This document shows, piece after piece, positions 1 to 14,611 of a DNA stretch of 64,000 bases (its first letter is position 1; every line of letters starts with the position of its first letter). The DNA lies in the NCBI GenBank assembly GCA_964016885.1, contig OZ024745.1, positions 69,936,001-70,000,000 of the forward strand. Direction: 5' to 3'. The DNA comes from Eledone cirrhosa. Taxonomy: Eukaryota. The translations under genes and the position numbers were made by a program. Under the pieces are notes generated by a model. It did not search any database. It was not told the DNA's origin and was given only the letters and a program-made list of their open reading frames with translations.

Positions 1-590
1 AACTGACCTTTCGTACAAAAGGATCATGGACATATTTCAATTATTATTTGAGAATATTTAAAATTAACATATTTAGGCCAGTCAAGCAATGATTATCTTA
101 ATTTTCTGATGATTGCAGGTGTCATTTGAATTCAAAATGCAGAGGTCTCTAAATGATAACATTACCTCTGGAATGCTCCTTTATCTATCGACCCCGAAAT
201 GTGGGAAGGCACAGCTAACCCACACCGAGATATTTAATACGATACCCCAAAGACTTTGATACATCGTCTCCTTCTAAGATGCAGTGGTTATTCCACGAGA
301 AACGTACTGCATGATCGATATAATTTAGTTTAACACAGTAAGTGTATGTGTGTTTGTCGAGCTTCAAATGAAGATATGCGATTATTTTCTTGGGTAAACT
401 GTGGAAGATGTATTTAAATATTGAATACGAAGGACGCTTTCTCTGCCTCGTCCTTTCAGTGCAACTGTTTTTTTATTCAACTTTTAACTCCTCACATTTT
501 CTCGCTTCCTGTTCGTAAATATAAACAACTGAATACGAAAGGTTAACTGAACATGAAACATCCTATAAATACATATTCAAACAGATAAAA

Positions 591-738
<148 letters not shown>

Positions 739-806
739 TTGGACATATATCTCTATTTTCTTTATTTCAATAGAAAGTCTGAATTCTGACACCCCAGCGA
801 ACCAAC

Positions 807-1410
807 CATATTAACTGAACCAGAACAATTCTCCCATCCCATTTCTCTTGACCATTATCTTTTGTTTGTCATAAAATTCTCTAAAAGGCTACACAATAAA
901 TTCCCAAATACGGGCGCGAAATTTAATTAACTTGTTCTGGTGACAGTCATAATTTCATTTATAACCAATCAAATTACATTTATTTAAAAAAGCCTTCGTG
1001 AGCCACTTTTTTTAAAGTAAAAAGAAATTCAAACAAACTGACGCCAAAGCTGATCTGCTTATTCACGTGATTTCACTCATATATGAAAAAAGAACCTGCC
1101 ATATTCACTGAACTAGAATTCCCCCCATCCCATTTCTCTTGACCATTATCTTTTGTTTGTCATAACATTCTCTAAAAGGCTACACAATAAATTCCCAAAT
1201 ACGGGAGCAAAATTTAATGAACTTGTTCACGTGACAGCCATAATTTCATTTATAACCAATCAAATTACATTTATAAAAAAAAAAGCCTTCGTGAGCCCCT
1301 TTTTTTAAGTAAAAAGAAATTCAAAGAAACTGGCGCGAAAGCTGATGTGCTTATTCACGTGACTGCATCGACCAACCAAACTTCACTCATTTATGAAAAA
1401 AAACAACCTG
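807..1410. repeat. Tandem duplication, ~290-bp unit x2
   Basis: ccatatt(a/c)actgaac...accattatcttttgtttgtcataa...ttattcacgtga...ttcactcat occurs at ~807 and again at ~1099 with high identity. Confidence 0.9.
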
Positions 1411-1546
1411 AGCCCCCCCCCCCGCCTTGTATGAAGAACTTTGTAACGGATTCTTGCTATTGGTCAATTTCAACCTGGTTATAAAACCTTACTTATTCAT
1501 ATGTATGTTTTTTTGTATACTTCAATAAACAAAACTCATTATATCT

Positions 1547-1736
1547 GCGGTGGATTGGCAGTATCGGTAGAGGGTCGGACGCCATGCTTTCCAGCATAGT
1601 TATGTCCCTTTACGATCTGAGTTCAAATCCCGCCGAGGTTGACTTTGCCTTTCATCCTTACAGGGTCGATAAAATAAAGTACCAGTAATGCACTGGGTTA
1701 TTGCTGGCCTTGTGCCTAAAGTAGAAACAATTATTT
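1547..1736 (+). mobile_element. tRNA-derived Meta-domain SINE (short form)
   Basis: A box-like tggcagtatcggt, B box gagttcaaatcc, core gcctttcatccttac.gggtcgataaaataaagtacc resembling the MetaSINE/Sauria-SINE central domain, tail agaaacaattatt; many copies in window. Confidence 0.9.
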
Positions 1737-1737
1737 C

Positions 1738-1925
1738 TGGTGAATTCGCAGTATCGGTAGAGGGTCGGCCGCCATGCTTTCCAGCATAGTTACGTCTCTT
1801 TACGGTCTGAGTTCAAATCGCGTCCAGGTTAACTTTGCCTTTCATCCTTACGGGGTCGATAAAATAAAGTACCAGTAATGTACTGGGTATTTGCTGGCCT
1901 TGTGCCAAAAAGTAGAAACAATTAT
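1738..1925 (+). mobile_element. Meta-domain SINE, tandem second copy
   Basis: Same consensus immediately downstream of the 1547 copy. Confidence 0.9.
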
Positions 1926-1928
1926 ATC

Positions 1929-2097
1929 TGGAGACGGCAGGTAGTGAATACGTATGTTTTTTTCTTACTATGATATGTTTTACATAGATCAATAATTGAA
2001 TGAACATACAGGGAACTACCCCCAGAAACGATCGTAAAATAATGAGTTTTACTATGAATTAACAGTTTTGTTTTTCATTTCATTGTTTTAATATTTC
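1929..2097 (+). repeat. Dispersed ~170-bp repeat with half-hammerhead motif (inverted partner at 13926-14107)
   Basis: Reverse complement of 13926-14107; contains ggga..cc(c)ca GAAA cga TC gtaaaa. Confidence 0.85.
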
Positions 2098-5000
2098 TAT
2101 TTTGACTCTGTATCCAATTGAATTATATCGTTGAAAATTTTGTATTTTAAACTTTGCTTCCTGACATCTACATACGGATTACATTGAGTTCTTCATACGG
2201 TTTAGACCCTACCATTGATTGGTAGATTAATCTGTATATATATATATATATATATAAACGTAAAGAAGGTCTACAATAGTAAATCAACACTCAGCTAAAA
2301 ATTTAAATAACCAATCAAGTAAGGTATGTTTAAAAGTTATAAAATAGTTAATCACCAACACTTGTGATATCAAATTCATTAAGTGCATTATATGAATACG
2401 TTAAGAACAGAATAGGCATTGTGCGTCGACACAATGTAGCCTGTCAGAACATATTTATTAATCACATGTGAGATATGGATTCATTCTATATGGAGAAATA
2501 ATAATATATTCAGAGAGAATATCAATCACAAATGATGTGAAAATCATGCTTTCATCGTTTTTGAAAACTACCATAATTTCCATCCACTTAGTAAAAATGG
2601 ATTTGCTTTGAAATATATTCCATCAAACAGCATGATTCAAACATCTACAGTGAATCAGGAAAACAAAAGGTTTCATTTAAATATTAAAATGTATTCAAAT
2701 TTTAATATAATTTTTAAAATTCCTGATTGTTTACACTGTAGAATATTTTTCATCGGAGTTTTCTTTACGTACATTAATTTTTTTTAAATAGAATATTCTT
2801 TAAATATTATCACACATGTGTTTCCACCCTTTAATGATGTAGTTCAACATAATTCTATTTAAATCCTTATGCTATATTCCATAGTGTACTATATGTTCCA
2901 CGAATTGGATTCAATATATTGGAGATGTAAAAAACTGTTTTACGAGAAACAAAAAGAAACCGAATGAAAAAGACATACTAAAAGAATAGGGGGGGGGGCG
3001 TAATCTCAGCTTATACCGCATGTAATGAGTTACGTTGACTCAGTGCTGTGCTAAAGAGGAATTATGGTGAGACAAATATGTTGAAGAAGCGAATTTCTAA
3101 ATTTACATAACATTTAATGGACGGAACTTTATTTAATGTAGTTATCTCCCCCATTTGTAGTCAGTTAAGATATGAATTTAGCATTATTGAGGAATCCCGT
3201 CAGAAAAGGCAGTGTAGATAAATCCGACTCTAAATTGATAATAAATTTGATGGATAAATGAGGAATAGTTGACTTTAATCTTCAGAAATTAAGGTGACAT
3301 CTTCGTCTGTTTCGGCTTCATACATTTTCCTCAGTGACATATCGCCTCAGACGCATTTATTAAATATATCACATCTTAGAATGACTAAGGAAATAAAGAT
3401 TTTACAGATTAACCATTCATTCATTAAGGAATATAGAATAATACCAGAAGACATCCATGTGATTATCAGACATGTGTAACAGTTAGATTCTCTAAACCTC
3501 GGAACTATTCCAGAGCCTAATGAACTAATAAATGTCATCAGAGCCAGAAGGCTTCTGATTTGAGTCATCAGTAATAATTCAGTAGGGAAGCATATGTCAA
3601 AATGATGATTCGGTAAAGAATAGTGACGAACCAATTACATAAGTACATACACAGACACATACTCATATATTCATATAAACGCATACACACGTATACATAT
3701 TTATATACACACACATACACACATGTGTCTGTATGCTTGCGTGCATACCTCGTCATAGCTAAATAGATTCCATAACGACGATAAAGATTTAGTGAATAAG
3801 CTTACATATACATACACAACTTATTTTGCCGGTGATTGTGATTCTGACAACTATAAACACCCCACATTACATGGCATAACACTTTAACTGCAGCAATGAT
3901 GACATAAATTTCATTTTGGTAAATGAAGCAATTCGAAGTTTGTTGTGCTTGATGAATGTAATAAAATAAAATACTAAGAAAACATATTAGAACTTAACCT
4001 TTCTTGCTATTACAAAATTTTATTTTATATTATATAGGCTCACAGATCACCGAGTGTTGGGAGAGTTCGCTTCACAATCACCTGATTATATGTTTCGTCT
4101 CGCAGCGAAGCTCATTAGGCAATTGACCTCTGCATCCTCCGGTTGACTAATGAATGAAATTTGGACATGATTTGGTCACATCAAATTTCCCCAGTGACAT
4201 ATAATATGATACCAGTAATACACGGTTTCAAGTAAATGTTGTTATGACAGGCAACATGTGGTATTGTGCTTAGAGAAAATCGATATTATTTGTATAATAT
4301 CTATTTACTTCTGGTAAAGTCTTTAACCTAAACATTTATCGATGAATATATGATTCACTAATCAACCGATGAGGAGTTTTATGTTTTGTGTTTCAATTTA
4401 TATTTGAAATAAACTCATTCACTCAACATGAAATATTAAAGGTGTACGCCTTCTAGGATTAGACTGTCGAGATACATTTGAAATTGTGGCGGTTATTTGC
4501 AACAGCTAATTAGATACGTGATAACAAAAACTCACATTTACGTTAATTGTAGAAATCGATGTTGAGTATTGCTTATGGAGACGAATACATATGTGAAATT
4601 AAATTAGAGACACAAAGAAGAAGCATAACTGCAAAACTGCCTGAAATTAAATTTAACACAAGACTAAAAAAATATGGTATATATTGAAATTTTGATTAAT
4701 AAAATAAGATTCAAATTAAAGCGAAAGGGCTATCTGTGAAATAAAAGACGCAAACCAAAGAATAAAAAAGAAAATTAAATAAAATGAATCGATGTAATAG
4801 ATTTTAAACAAGATGTAGAGATATAATTGCTTTGAAAAACAATAATGTATTTTTGTATATCAGGAATTTTCTGTTATGCAGTTTTGAATGTGTCATCTTA
4901 CTCATCAAATGTTATAGCGTGAAGGTGGTTAATTTGAGACTGAAGGCAAGAGGGCAAATGTGCTTGCTTTAATAATTTTCATTGTCTCCCATATTATGAG

Positions 5001-6174
5001 TTCAAATATGACAAATATTCAACTTTACATTCTATATAAATGTTTTTTTAGAACTGGTGTCATTTGTACTTCTATTTATAATTATCATCGACATCTACTC
5101 TGAAAGGTAATGTTTTTTTTTAACCTGTGATTGTCAATGGTTTCTTATCATTATAACATAGGTACATATTGCATGACTAGCTGTGTTATTACAGCGAAGG
5201 AACATATATGTATGGAACAGCCCTTTCCGAATAGAATCTCTACAGGCTTTCATTTGTTCCCATGCCGACTATTCTGCTAATTCATCTACCACGGTCATTG
5301 AGTTCATAACATCAATTCAGGCAACCCATCTTCTTCACAACAGTGTCTTTACTAAGCTCTCCATTCAATCAATTTCTCTGCTTCTAGAAATTGTGGCTAT
5401 CAATCTAGTGGTCATAACTCTGCACATTCAGACAATCATCTCCCCTATGCTATTGTATTCACCATGCGGACTATTCCGCTAATCCATCGCCATCAAGATA
5501 TTGTGTCAACATTAAGTTATTTCTCAGAATCCTGTTTAATCTGTCAATACAACAACCTGCCGTTATCTACCTGATGTATTTCTAATATTGCCAATCTAGT
5601 GTTTCCTCGGTTGTAGAAATATTAAATCCAATATTTTATTTCAAATGGAACTAAAGCTTAAAACACTACCATTTTTCAATGCTTATATAAATCATATATT
5701 GAAAATTTACACATTTATCTTTGGAGTTCTATTCCAAATATCAAATGGCACAATTTTTTTAAAACATGAATAATTGCTACAATGATGTTCTACCATGAAA
5801 CTTTGCCTCAGTAAAATATAACCAAATTCATTCAATATTGTTTAAAGGTAATCAATAAACCATGTAAGTCAATTCATTACATGATGTTATCGTATACATT
5901 TAACCCACTGTTTTTAATTTGCTATTTCATATTCTAAGAATGTAGCAGTTGCACTTAGGATGCCGTTAGTAAGAAATATATATGAAATTATGCTTAAATA
6001 ACTTTATTATTAGATGCCGAATAGTAACCGTCTCAGTGGCTTAGTAGTAGGTGTTAGAGACGGTGGAGGTCCTGGTCTGCGGTTCAATCGTTGTCAGGAT
6101 CTACAGATTTAAGAAATCTTTATTTTTTTATTTTTTTAGTGTAGAAACAATTATTAGATAGCGAATAAATGTCG

Positions 6175-6390
6175 GTGGGTCGGCAGTATCGGTAGTGTGT
6201 CGGACAATATACTTTGTGTTATATAGTTACATAACTTTACTTTGAGGGTTCATAGCCCATCGATGTTACCTTTACATTTCACCCTTACGGGGTCAATAAA
6301 GTGATGTAACAGCAAAGCATTGGGATCGATTTAAACGACATTCCCCTAGCCTTCAGATTTCTGGCCTTGTGCCTAATATAGAAACAATCG
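6175..6390 (+). mobile_element. Older Meta-domain SINE (long form)
   Basis: cggcagtatcggtag head, ccttacggggtcaataaa core, extra gggatcgatttaaacgac segment, ggccttgtgcctaatatagaaacaat tail. Confidence 0.8.
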
Positions 6391-8660
6391 TTAGATACCC
6401 AATATATTTCTAAATTCACAAATTATTTTTTGACATAATTTTTTGGATATAACATATTGTATAAAGTGTCAATTCATTTTATATGTATATATCACTGGAA
6501 TTATGGATTTTATTCGTTCACCCCCCACCCCCCAAAAAAGGAAAAACATTTTTTCGTTTTTTGGGAATAATATTTCTGTTATCAATAAAAAGGAATATAA
6601 TTTAACAAAGTGTATTCTACAATGACAAACATCTGCTCTGCAAGCAAAATGTAGTATTTTGCGAATGTCATTAACACATATTGCTATCGAAAAGAATCAC
6701 TAGTTGCCATTTGTGATAGGCAAGGAAATTTCCAGCTAAAGACAGTTGTATTGGCTTGTACGTAGAATCAGTTTAGAATTAGTTATTAGAAGTAGAAAAT
6801 ACATTGAAATTCACCTTCATTATATCAGAGAGAGATTGCTATCGTTTAAACCACAATATTATAAAACATTTAGTTAGCTTGACTGGTTTGTTTTAGTAGC
6901 AGCCGAATGTGATGAGCAGTCATTCTGAAGGTCTGATTAGCAATTCTACAAATAATGTGCAGAGCTAAAATCAAATGTGTTTCAGCTGTAACACACTATA
7001 TTTCTCCGGGTTATTAGGTGTATTCTTCGTCAGTGTAATTGATGAGCATCCAATGTTCCAATCAACTTAACTATTGTGGCCAGTGAAATAGTGTGAGCGG
7101 CTGATCATTTCATATACAAATTTACCCATTGCGTAATTCCTGACGGTGCTACACCTTTGAATTACAGGTACAGCCAAGAGAGTGGGGGGGGGGGCGGTCA
7201 CAGTACTAGTCTCTTAAATATGGAACTCCGTAATAAAATTACTGAAATATTCAGGGCACAGTGAACTATATCTACTGCCGCAAGGCCTTCTGCCTGATGG
7301 GTTAACGATTCTACTAAATAAATATCTATGACCCCATTATCATATGAGACTTTCCTTTACGTAATATTTGTTTTTTGCTTTGATGTGAAAGCAATGTGGA
7401 TGGAATTTCTAACTGGACGTGTGAGCATGTATATATGGGTGCTGGAGGCGGTTATCTTATAAGGGTATATAAATGTATCCCTAGAAAGTATCTGGAATAT
7501 ATATTTCAAACACGGAAAATAATGTTTGAAAGTCAATGTCATATGAATGTCATGTAATACGCGTTAAACCCTTCTTGAATAAGTCTAATTGCACGTAATA
7601 TTTAAGCAAGGTGTGTTACTCATGAAGGTATTAATATTATGTATCGAAATAAATCGTAAACACACTGGGGGATAAGAAAACCAGCCGATTGTTCGATTAG
7701 AACTTAACCTATATTTCCTTGTAAATAGCATGGTTAATTACTAATTGTTCACCCCTCTCTTTGATTAAATATTTTCGTTCATATTGCTTAATCTATATCG
7801 ATTTCTGTACTCAGTTTAAAAATATTTACGATGCAGCGTTCGCTCAAGCCTAGCTTAATTACAAATTAATTGTTTAATTACTTAATTGATGGATCGTAAG
7901 ATGGAAATATATATTTATTAGCAGCCCTGGTGAATTGGAAGTATATTGGTTTTCTTAATATATCTTTACTAATTTAAATGTATAATGAAAGAAAACAGAG
8001 GCAAAAGTACAATTGTGAACTCGACTGGTTTTCAATGTTTGCTAGAAAAAGTACAGTTAAATTAAATAAATAAAAAGAGGAACAAACAAAAATAAAATCC
8101 AGTGTGAGTAATTAGTAAATGAATGATCATAAAAAGTTGTGATTTAAGATAAATTTGGCTGCTATTTTCAGCATGTCCACCGATCATGCAGAGCATCTCC
8201 CTTTCAATCGTTTTTTCTTTTTTCATTGTACATCAAGGCGTTTAATAGACCACTTGCGTTCGAATCTAAATAACTGCAGATTTAATCTTTTAGTTTTAGT
8301 TCGCCGACGAACGATGTGTTATCTTGTTAGAAACGAACAACGATTCTATTAAGGGATATAGTTCAAACAAAGATGTTTGAATAGTGGATGCGTAATCTCG
8401 CTGAATATGTAATCTAGTAAGAAACTAGGCAGAGAAACAAGTCTGTGATCAATGTGAAGTGTCCCCAAAATGTATTATGTGAGGAGTCGTTGATGACTTG
8501 CAACTACCGAAAGATTTTCAATGTCATATAAAATAGAATAAAATAAAATAAATTGTAATTATAGCTATCTTATACTTCTTTCGGTGAATGTTCTAAAATT
8601 AATGTAAACTCTTACACCAAATGAATTAACTTTATCATTACATCGTTGAGACAACAGGTT

Positions 8661-8753
8661 AATTGGTTGATATGTTATGGGATAATTGGTTGATATGTTA
8701 TGGGATAATTGGCTGATATGTTGTGGGATAATTGGCTGATATGTTGTGGGATA
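8661..8753. repeat. 23-bp tandem repeat x4
   Basis: aattgg(t/c)tgatatgtt(a/g)tgggat repeated four times. Confidence 0.92.
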
Positions 8754-9453
8754 GAATCCAATGATGTATTGTTAATGTCTTATAATATTCCGTTTATAGA
8801 ACTGTGATAATTTCCTCTGTGATAATTGCCTATGTCTACCAATAATTTTAAAGTTAATATCATAAAAACTTCTATCTTCTCACATACACTGTACATAAAT
8901 GATCTCTAACACATTTCAGAGCACAAAGAACGTCAATTAACATTTTGTGAAATGAAATATTCGAAGGCTAGATGACATGACAATATAATGAATACAATAT
9001 GTTGAAGTTAAACATCGTTTGCAAGTTTTAAAGTAGAATGCAATGTACTATAAACGATACAGTTTTGTCTCCCCTGTTTCCTTAACTGACTAATTCATTA
9101 TTTCATTCTTGTTTTCTTTACATGGTTTGCTCTTTAATGAGTTTAGTGAGCCGATGAAAACGCACCACTCATGACACAATTGTGTTCTTCTGATATTGAT
9201 GTGAGGAATCGAAGACCATCTCCTTACTCCGGAAGTATGGTGCGAATGGTGGTCCTACGTGTGAAAATATGAGGCGTGACGATGCAGGTTAAATAGTTTC
9301 AGAAATTTACAGGACTTCGAATGTCTGTGAATGGAACCATAACATGATATAAACGGTTTCAACTTTTAATCTGAAAACAAAATCAGAAAATTAGACAAAA
9401 CAAATAACAATGGAAATTATGGTAAGTTGGTATTATATAAATTAAATACATAC

Positions 9454-9635
9454 GGTGGATTGGCAGTATCGGTAGAGGGTCGGACGCCATGCTTTCCAGC
9501 ATAGTTACGTCCCTTTACGATCTGAGTTCAAATCCCGCCGAGGTTGACTTTGCCTTTCATCATTACGGGGTCGATAAAATAAAGTACCAGTAATGCACTG
9601 GGTAATTGCTGGCCTTGTGCCTAAAAGTAGAAACA
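9454..9635 (+). mobile_element. Meta-domain SINE with 22-bp target-site duplication
   Basis: Full consensus; flanked by attatataaattaaatacatac at 9432-9453 and 9636-9657. Confidence 0.93.
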
Positions 9636-9711
9636 ATTATATAAATTAAATACATACATAAACACACGCACACACATACACTCAGATATATATATATATC
9701 CCTATAAATAA

Positions 9712-9751
<40 letters not shown>

Positions 9752-9792
9752 AAATAAATAAGTCAAATATTTAAAATTTGGCTTCGTTTATT

Positions 9793-9847
9793 ACTGCTAT
9801 ATATATTTCGGTGACAGCAATCTTTGTCTGTAACCTCTTCAGGCAGT
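9793..9847 (-). ncRNA. Type I minimal hammerhead ribozyme
   Basis: Minus strand: actgc CTGAAGA ggttacagac aaagat tgctgtcacc GAAA tatata TA gcagt; stem I actgc/gcagt, palindromic stem III. Confidence 0.85.
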
Positions 9848-9940
9848 CCGAACTGGTGTGGTAGAGACGGGTACACATGTTGCTGAGGTGTCTTACTCCG
9901 TCAATACTCCGATATGTCCAGCTCCTGGTTGCGTTGTTAT

Positions 9941-9984
9941 TTCTCTGAGGAACTGGAATCATATGATTCCAGTTCCTCAGAGAA
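9941..9984. repeat. Perfect 44-bp palindrome
   Basis: ttctctgaggaactggaatcat|atgattccagttcctcagagaa. Confidence 0.95.
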
Positions 9985-9989
9985 TTCGG

Positions 9990-10044
9990 ACTGCCTGAAG
10001 AGTTCACAGCCAAAGATGGCTGTCACCGAAATATATATAGCAGT
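9990..10044 (+). ncRNA. Type I minimal hammerhead ribozyme
   Basis: actgc CTGAAGA gttcacagcc aaagat ggctgtcacc GAAA tatata TA gcagt. Confidence 0.85.
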
Positions 10045-10500
10045 AATAAACGAAGCCAAATTTTAAATATTTGACTTACTTATTTTATTTTACAATTCTC
10101 CGGAGTAACCAAACCAACCTGCGCACTTCGTCGAGTGCCCCATTCTGCATACTGGGGTGTCGGTGAACAGCCAACATATACTCAATATATGTATATATAT
10201 ATATGTGTGTATCTGTGTATGTGAGTGTGTGTGTGTATGTTTGTGAGTGTGATTATATGTGTATTCTGTGCCTGTTTCGTCTCGTCTATTTATCTTTATA
10301 TATTCTATCTCCGACACATTACGAAAATTCATAATGATATGAATCATAATTCTGTAATATAGCTTCTGCCAAACTCAAAGTGAGTTTGTCGTTTGTCTAT
10401 ATAATGGGTTTGTAACTGCTCAGCAGGAATTTAGAGAATATTTCTGTATTGTGTATTCTCTTCTTTCGTCCTTCAGAAACATATATATATATATATATAT

Positions 10501-10689
10501 CAGACCTACCAACCTCTAAAATCCCAAAGGGGATGTACCATGAAAAATTGCCCCAAAATGGTGAGAATTGAGGCCAAATGGGGAAATTTTACATAATGAA
10601 GCTATACCCATGTTCACGAGAGAAAACATCTCTCACCCACCCTAAAGCGGATTGGGAGATCTCCCGATCGGATGGGAAGAATTGACAGG

Positions 10690-10693
<4 letters not shown>
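10501..10693. mobile_element. MITE with ~12-bp TIRs inserted in (TA)n
   Basis: Starts cagacctaccaa, ends ttgacaggtctg (reverse complement cagacctgtcaa); TA arrays on both sides; CAG..CTG ends suggest hAT-like. Confidence 0.75.
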
Positions 10694-10750
<57 letters not shown>

Positions 10751-12391
10751 GGAGCCAATTATCAGTTGGAAATGGTATCACTCGAATTCGAAACACTGCT
10801 CCTCAGATCTACAGAATATACCGAGGAGAAACAGACAATGTATAACGGGATTGATTTGAAATATAATGCAGAGGCGTTGTGTGCCTTTTACTAGAAGTAG
10901 ATCATTTAAACTGGTGGAGTTGCCAATGCAGGCAGATGGTCCGCGGTTGGCAGCGAGAGCAGTCAATGTGTGGTCGGCGGTGTGTTAAAGACAGTCAGTA
11001 TAATATTGGCAATGTGAATAGTTGGTGTGAACCCGGGCGACGAAGAATAACATTACACACGATATTTCTACGCAAGTTAAGAGAAGTTAACATCTATTGC
11101 TGTCAATTCAAAATAATTAGCTCCAATGTGATTGGGATTTACATGAACGGCTGAATATGAAATTTGTCCGATAGCCTTATAGTCTTGTTATGTTTTATGT
11201 TGTTTTAGTCTGATTTATATGAACTTCGATTTAGCTAACGTAAACATTTTGTTTTTTTCTAGCTAATATATACTTTTGTACTATTTGCTATAAATTATAT
11301 TGAACACAAAAGTTACGACAACTGAAATGCTATGCTGACTCAGCATGAAATATGTTTACGGAAAACAATAGCAAACTGCCAAAATGATTTCATTCATAAT
11401 CTCTTCAATTCCGTTTTTTGCTAAACATTATTTTTAAGCAAAATTTTCTATAACTAATACAGAATGCACGAAAGAGTTTATTAATGTATAAATTGATCAA
11501 GAGTTTATACATTAACATGGAGTTAATGTGACAAATCAATATATTCTCAGGCAAATACAGGAAGTGGTAGCCGTTTGAAAGTAATGCAGGAACCGAATTT
11601 TGAAACATTCTCAATAGAGTATAGCAACGAATTTTTATTATTGTTCCACAATACAATGTTTTATTGATCTACACGGCCCCTGCTTCAGTTGCAATTCAAT
11701 TCAACATATATTGATCTCTTAAACATATACAGTAATATTATTAACAAAATCATTTATACGTCATTCGAACAGATTTCAATGTTACTCAGTGTTTACAGAT
11801 ATTAAACTTATGTTGAGATAATTGTGAACTTATGTCAGTGAGTTTCTGATCTATCCTCATAGCACATCAATTTTTCACAGGTGGTTAAACTATTATAATG
11901 ATGTACGCACAAGAATGAAATAACTTTAATGTGAAGCCAATATGCGGGTAACACATTCACATCATAACAGAAAAAGGAAATGAAATGGTTAATCGACCAT
12001 TTAACATGCACATGACCACTAATATAGGCAGAAACGTTCTGTTCGTAGTTATGTAATTGATATGATCTCGTCAGACAAATATTATGTAATTGTTTATACT
12101 GCGACATGTTCCGAGCGAGTATTAATTAAAATTGATAAAAATTAAATTCTGTCGTGTGTTTTCAATTAATCTGACTACCGACAAGCTCACTGTCGACCTA
12201 TTTTGTGGAAAAAGGAATGGGGGTGAGTTGGAGGAGAATTTACTGCTATTTCTAGCATCCATGCACTGTTTGTTCGTTATGTTATATATAGAAAGGGAAA
12301 CACTACACCTCTCACTCAATACACATAACTCTCTCTCTAACTAAACATTTTCTGTTTTGATATATATATATATATATATACATATACGTTG

Positions 12392-12998
12392 CTCTCTATG
12401 TTTCTATCTGTAATAAGTGTGTTTCTATCTCTATGTTTCTATCTGTAATAAGTGTTTCTATCTCTATGTTTCTATCTGTAATAAGTGTTTCTATCTCTAT
12501 GTTTCTATCTGTAATAAGTGTGTTTCTATCTCTATGTTTCTATCTGTAATAAGTGTTTCGATCTCTATGTTTCTATCTGTCATAAGTGTTTCTATCTCTA
12601 TGTTTCTATCTGTAATAAGTGTGTTTCTATCTCTATGTTTCTATCTGTAATAAGTGTGTTTCTATCTCTATGTTTCTATCTGTAATAAGTGTTTCTATCT
12701 CTATGTTTCTATCTGTAATAAGTGTGTTTCTATCTCTATGTTTCTATCTGTAATAAGTGTGTTTCTATCTCTATGTTTCTATCTGTAATAAGTGTTTCTA
12801 TCTCTATGTTTCTATCTGTAATAAGTGTTTCTATCTCTATGTTTCTATCTGTAATAAGTGTGTTTCTATCTCTATGTTTCTATCTGTAATAAGTGTGTTT
12901 CTATCTCTATGTTTCTATCTGTAATAAGTGTGTTTCTATCTCTATGTTTCTATCTGTAATAAGTGTGTTTCTATCTCTATGTTTCTATCTGTAATAAG
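12392..12998. repeat. Minisatellite, 32/34-bp unit, ~18 copies
   Basis: ttctatctctatgtttctatctgtaataagtgt(gt) repeated almost without divergence. Confidence 0.96.
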
Positions 12999-13109
12999 TT
13001 TGTGTGAGAGAGAGAGGATGGTAAGATAAATATATATATGAGTGGTTGTGTGAGAGAGAGAGCGCCACCCCCACCCTAAAAAAAGAAAGACACATCACAG
13101 AGAATGCCA

Positions 13110-13545
13110 TCAATACAATCTCTCAAAAATGTTCCTTGGGGTGGCCAGACCAATACGTCTATCGACAAAAGTATCGACGACGATAAAGCTGTTCATTATC
13201 CCATTGCATTTCTCAATTATCTGGAAGTGTCCGGTCTGCTGCCACAGAGCCTTCAATTGTTTTAGCGCCCAGTCACCATGCATTTCAGATGAACAAAGAT
13301 CCCGAAATGGGACGCATATGGTTGTGACTTAAATAGTTGCACATTATTGAATCCGAAATCCTCACTTGATGTGGTAAGGGAGACATGGCATTTATACCTA
13401 GAATCTCGCTATTACCAACAGAATACAATTCCTAGTGAGTCAGATAGGCAATGACTATCAACAAGTCCTAAGGTCAAATACTGGTGGTTGTTGGTTTCTA
13501 TCTGGAAGAGGGCCGATTCTCACATGGTCAATTATTTGGAGCTTA
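13110..13545 (+). pseudogene. Decayed Helitron Pif1-like helicase C-terminal fragment
   Basis: Across frameshifts and stops reads AVHYPIAFLNYLEVSGL, RNGTHMVV, KGDMAFIPRISLLP, AMTINKS*GQ, FSHGQL, matching Pif1/RepHel helicase motifs. Confidence 0.8.
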
Positions 13546-13673
13546 TTCCACTCTCGATCAATTTTCCTAAGTATGTAATGGGTGTACGTGTCGATGAAAT
13601 GGTGACCCACCTGCAAGTTAATTTTATAAGATGGTTCCAGTGATGAATATTGTGGAGCACACACTTGACCTTT

Positions 13674-14107
<434 letters not shown>

Positions 14108-14611
14108 GAAATAATGTGTATGGTTGACCATATATTTAATTAATTTCCACCACGTGCTGTTGAAATGTTGGGTAGATGTTTTATAGCGGTTGGCCGCAAA
14201 GACGCTGCTATGGTATATTTATTTACTGTTTCTTCATAGGTGCCTTTTAATCTTATAGCCTGGTCTAATTGATTTTTTGTGTGGTTAATTATGCTAATTG
14301 GGGAAGAAATGATGTGGATATATATTATCAAATAATTCTATGGACTTGCTTTACTTTATAGTATTTTGCTCTGATTATTTAATTTATTAATTCTTCATTG
14401 AGCCACATCGTGAATGGTTGCCAAAACACATATATATCTGTGACTTTGTTTAATTGGTGTATGTGTAAATATTTATATATATATATATATATGTATATGG
14501 TACACAGTTTTATTAGCTTCACGCTTGGTGAGAATGGGGGGGGGGGGGATTATGACGTTTTGGACGTGAATGTTACATATATCGATTATTAGTTTAGTGT
14601 CAAGAGTTGCA

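Noticed and set aside
105-150. CTGATGA motif, and similar CTGANGA hits at 3536-, 12068-, 20161-, 21349-, 27849+
   Set aside because: No properly placed stem II plus GAAA and stem I closure
6025-6110. tRNA gene
   Set aside because: Only degenerate A/B-box-like strings with no cloverleaf; at most an old SINE head. SINE heads elsewhere are likewise not tRNA genes
6990-7040. Minus-strand CTGACGA...GAAA hammerhead candidate
   Set aside because: No stem II pairing and no valid UH/stem I register
12130-12275. Possible host exon (higher-complexity stretch)
   Set aside because: No recognisable protein motif or convincing splice pair; small host exons cannot be excluded without transcript data
12392-12998. 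CRISPR-like array
   Set aside because: Units are contiguous with no unique spacers, the context is eukaryotic, and there are no cas genes
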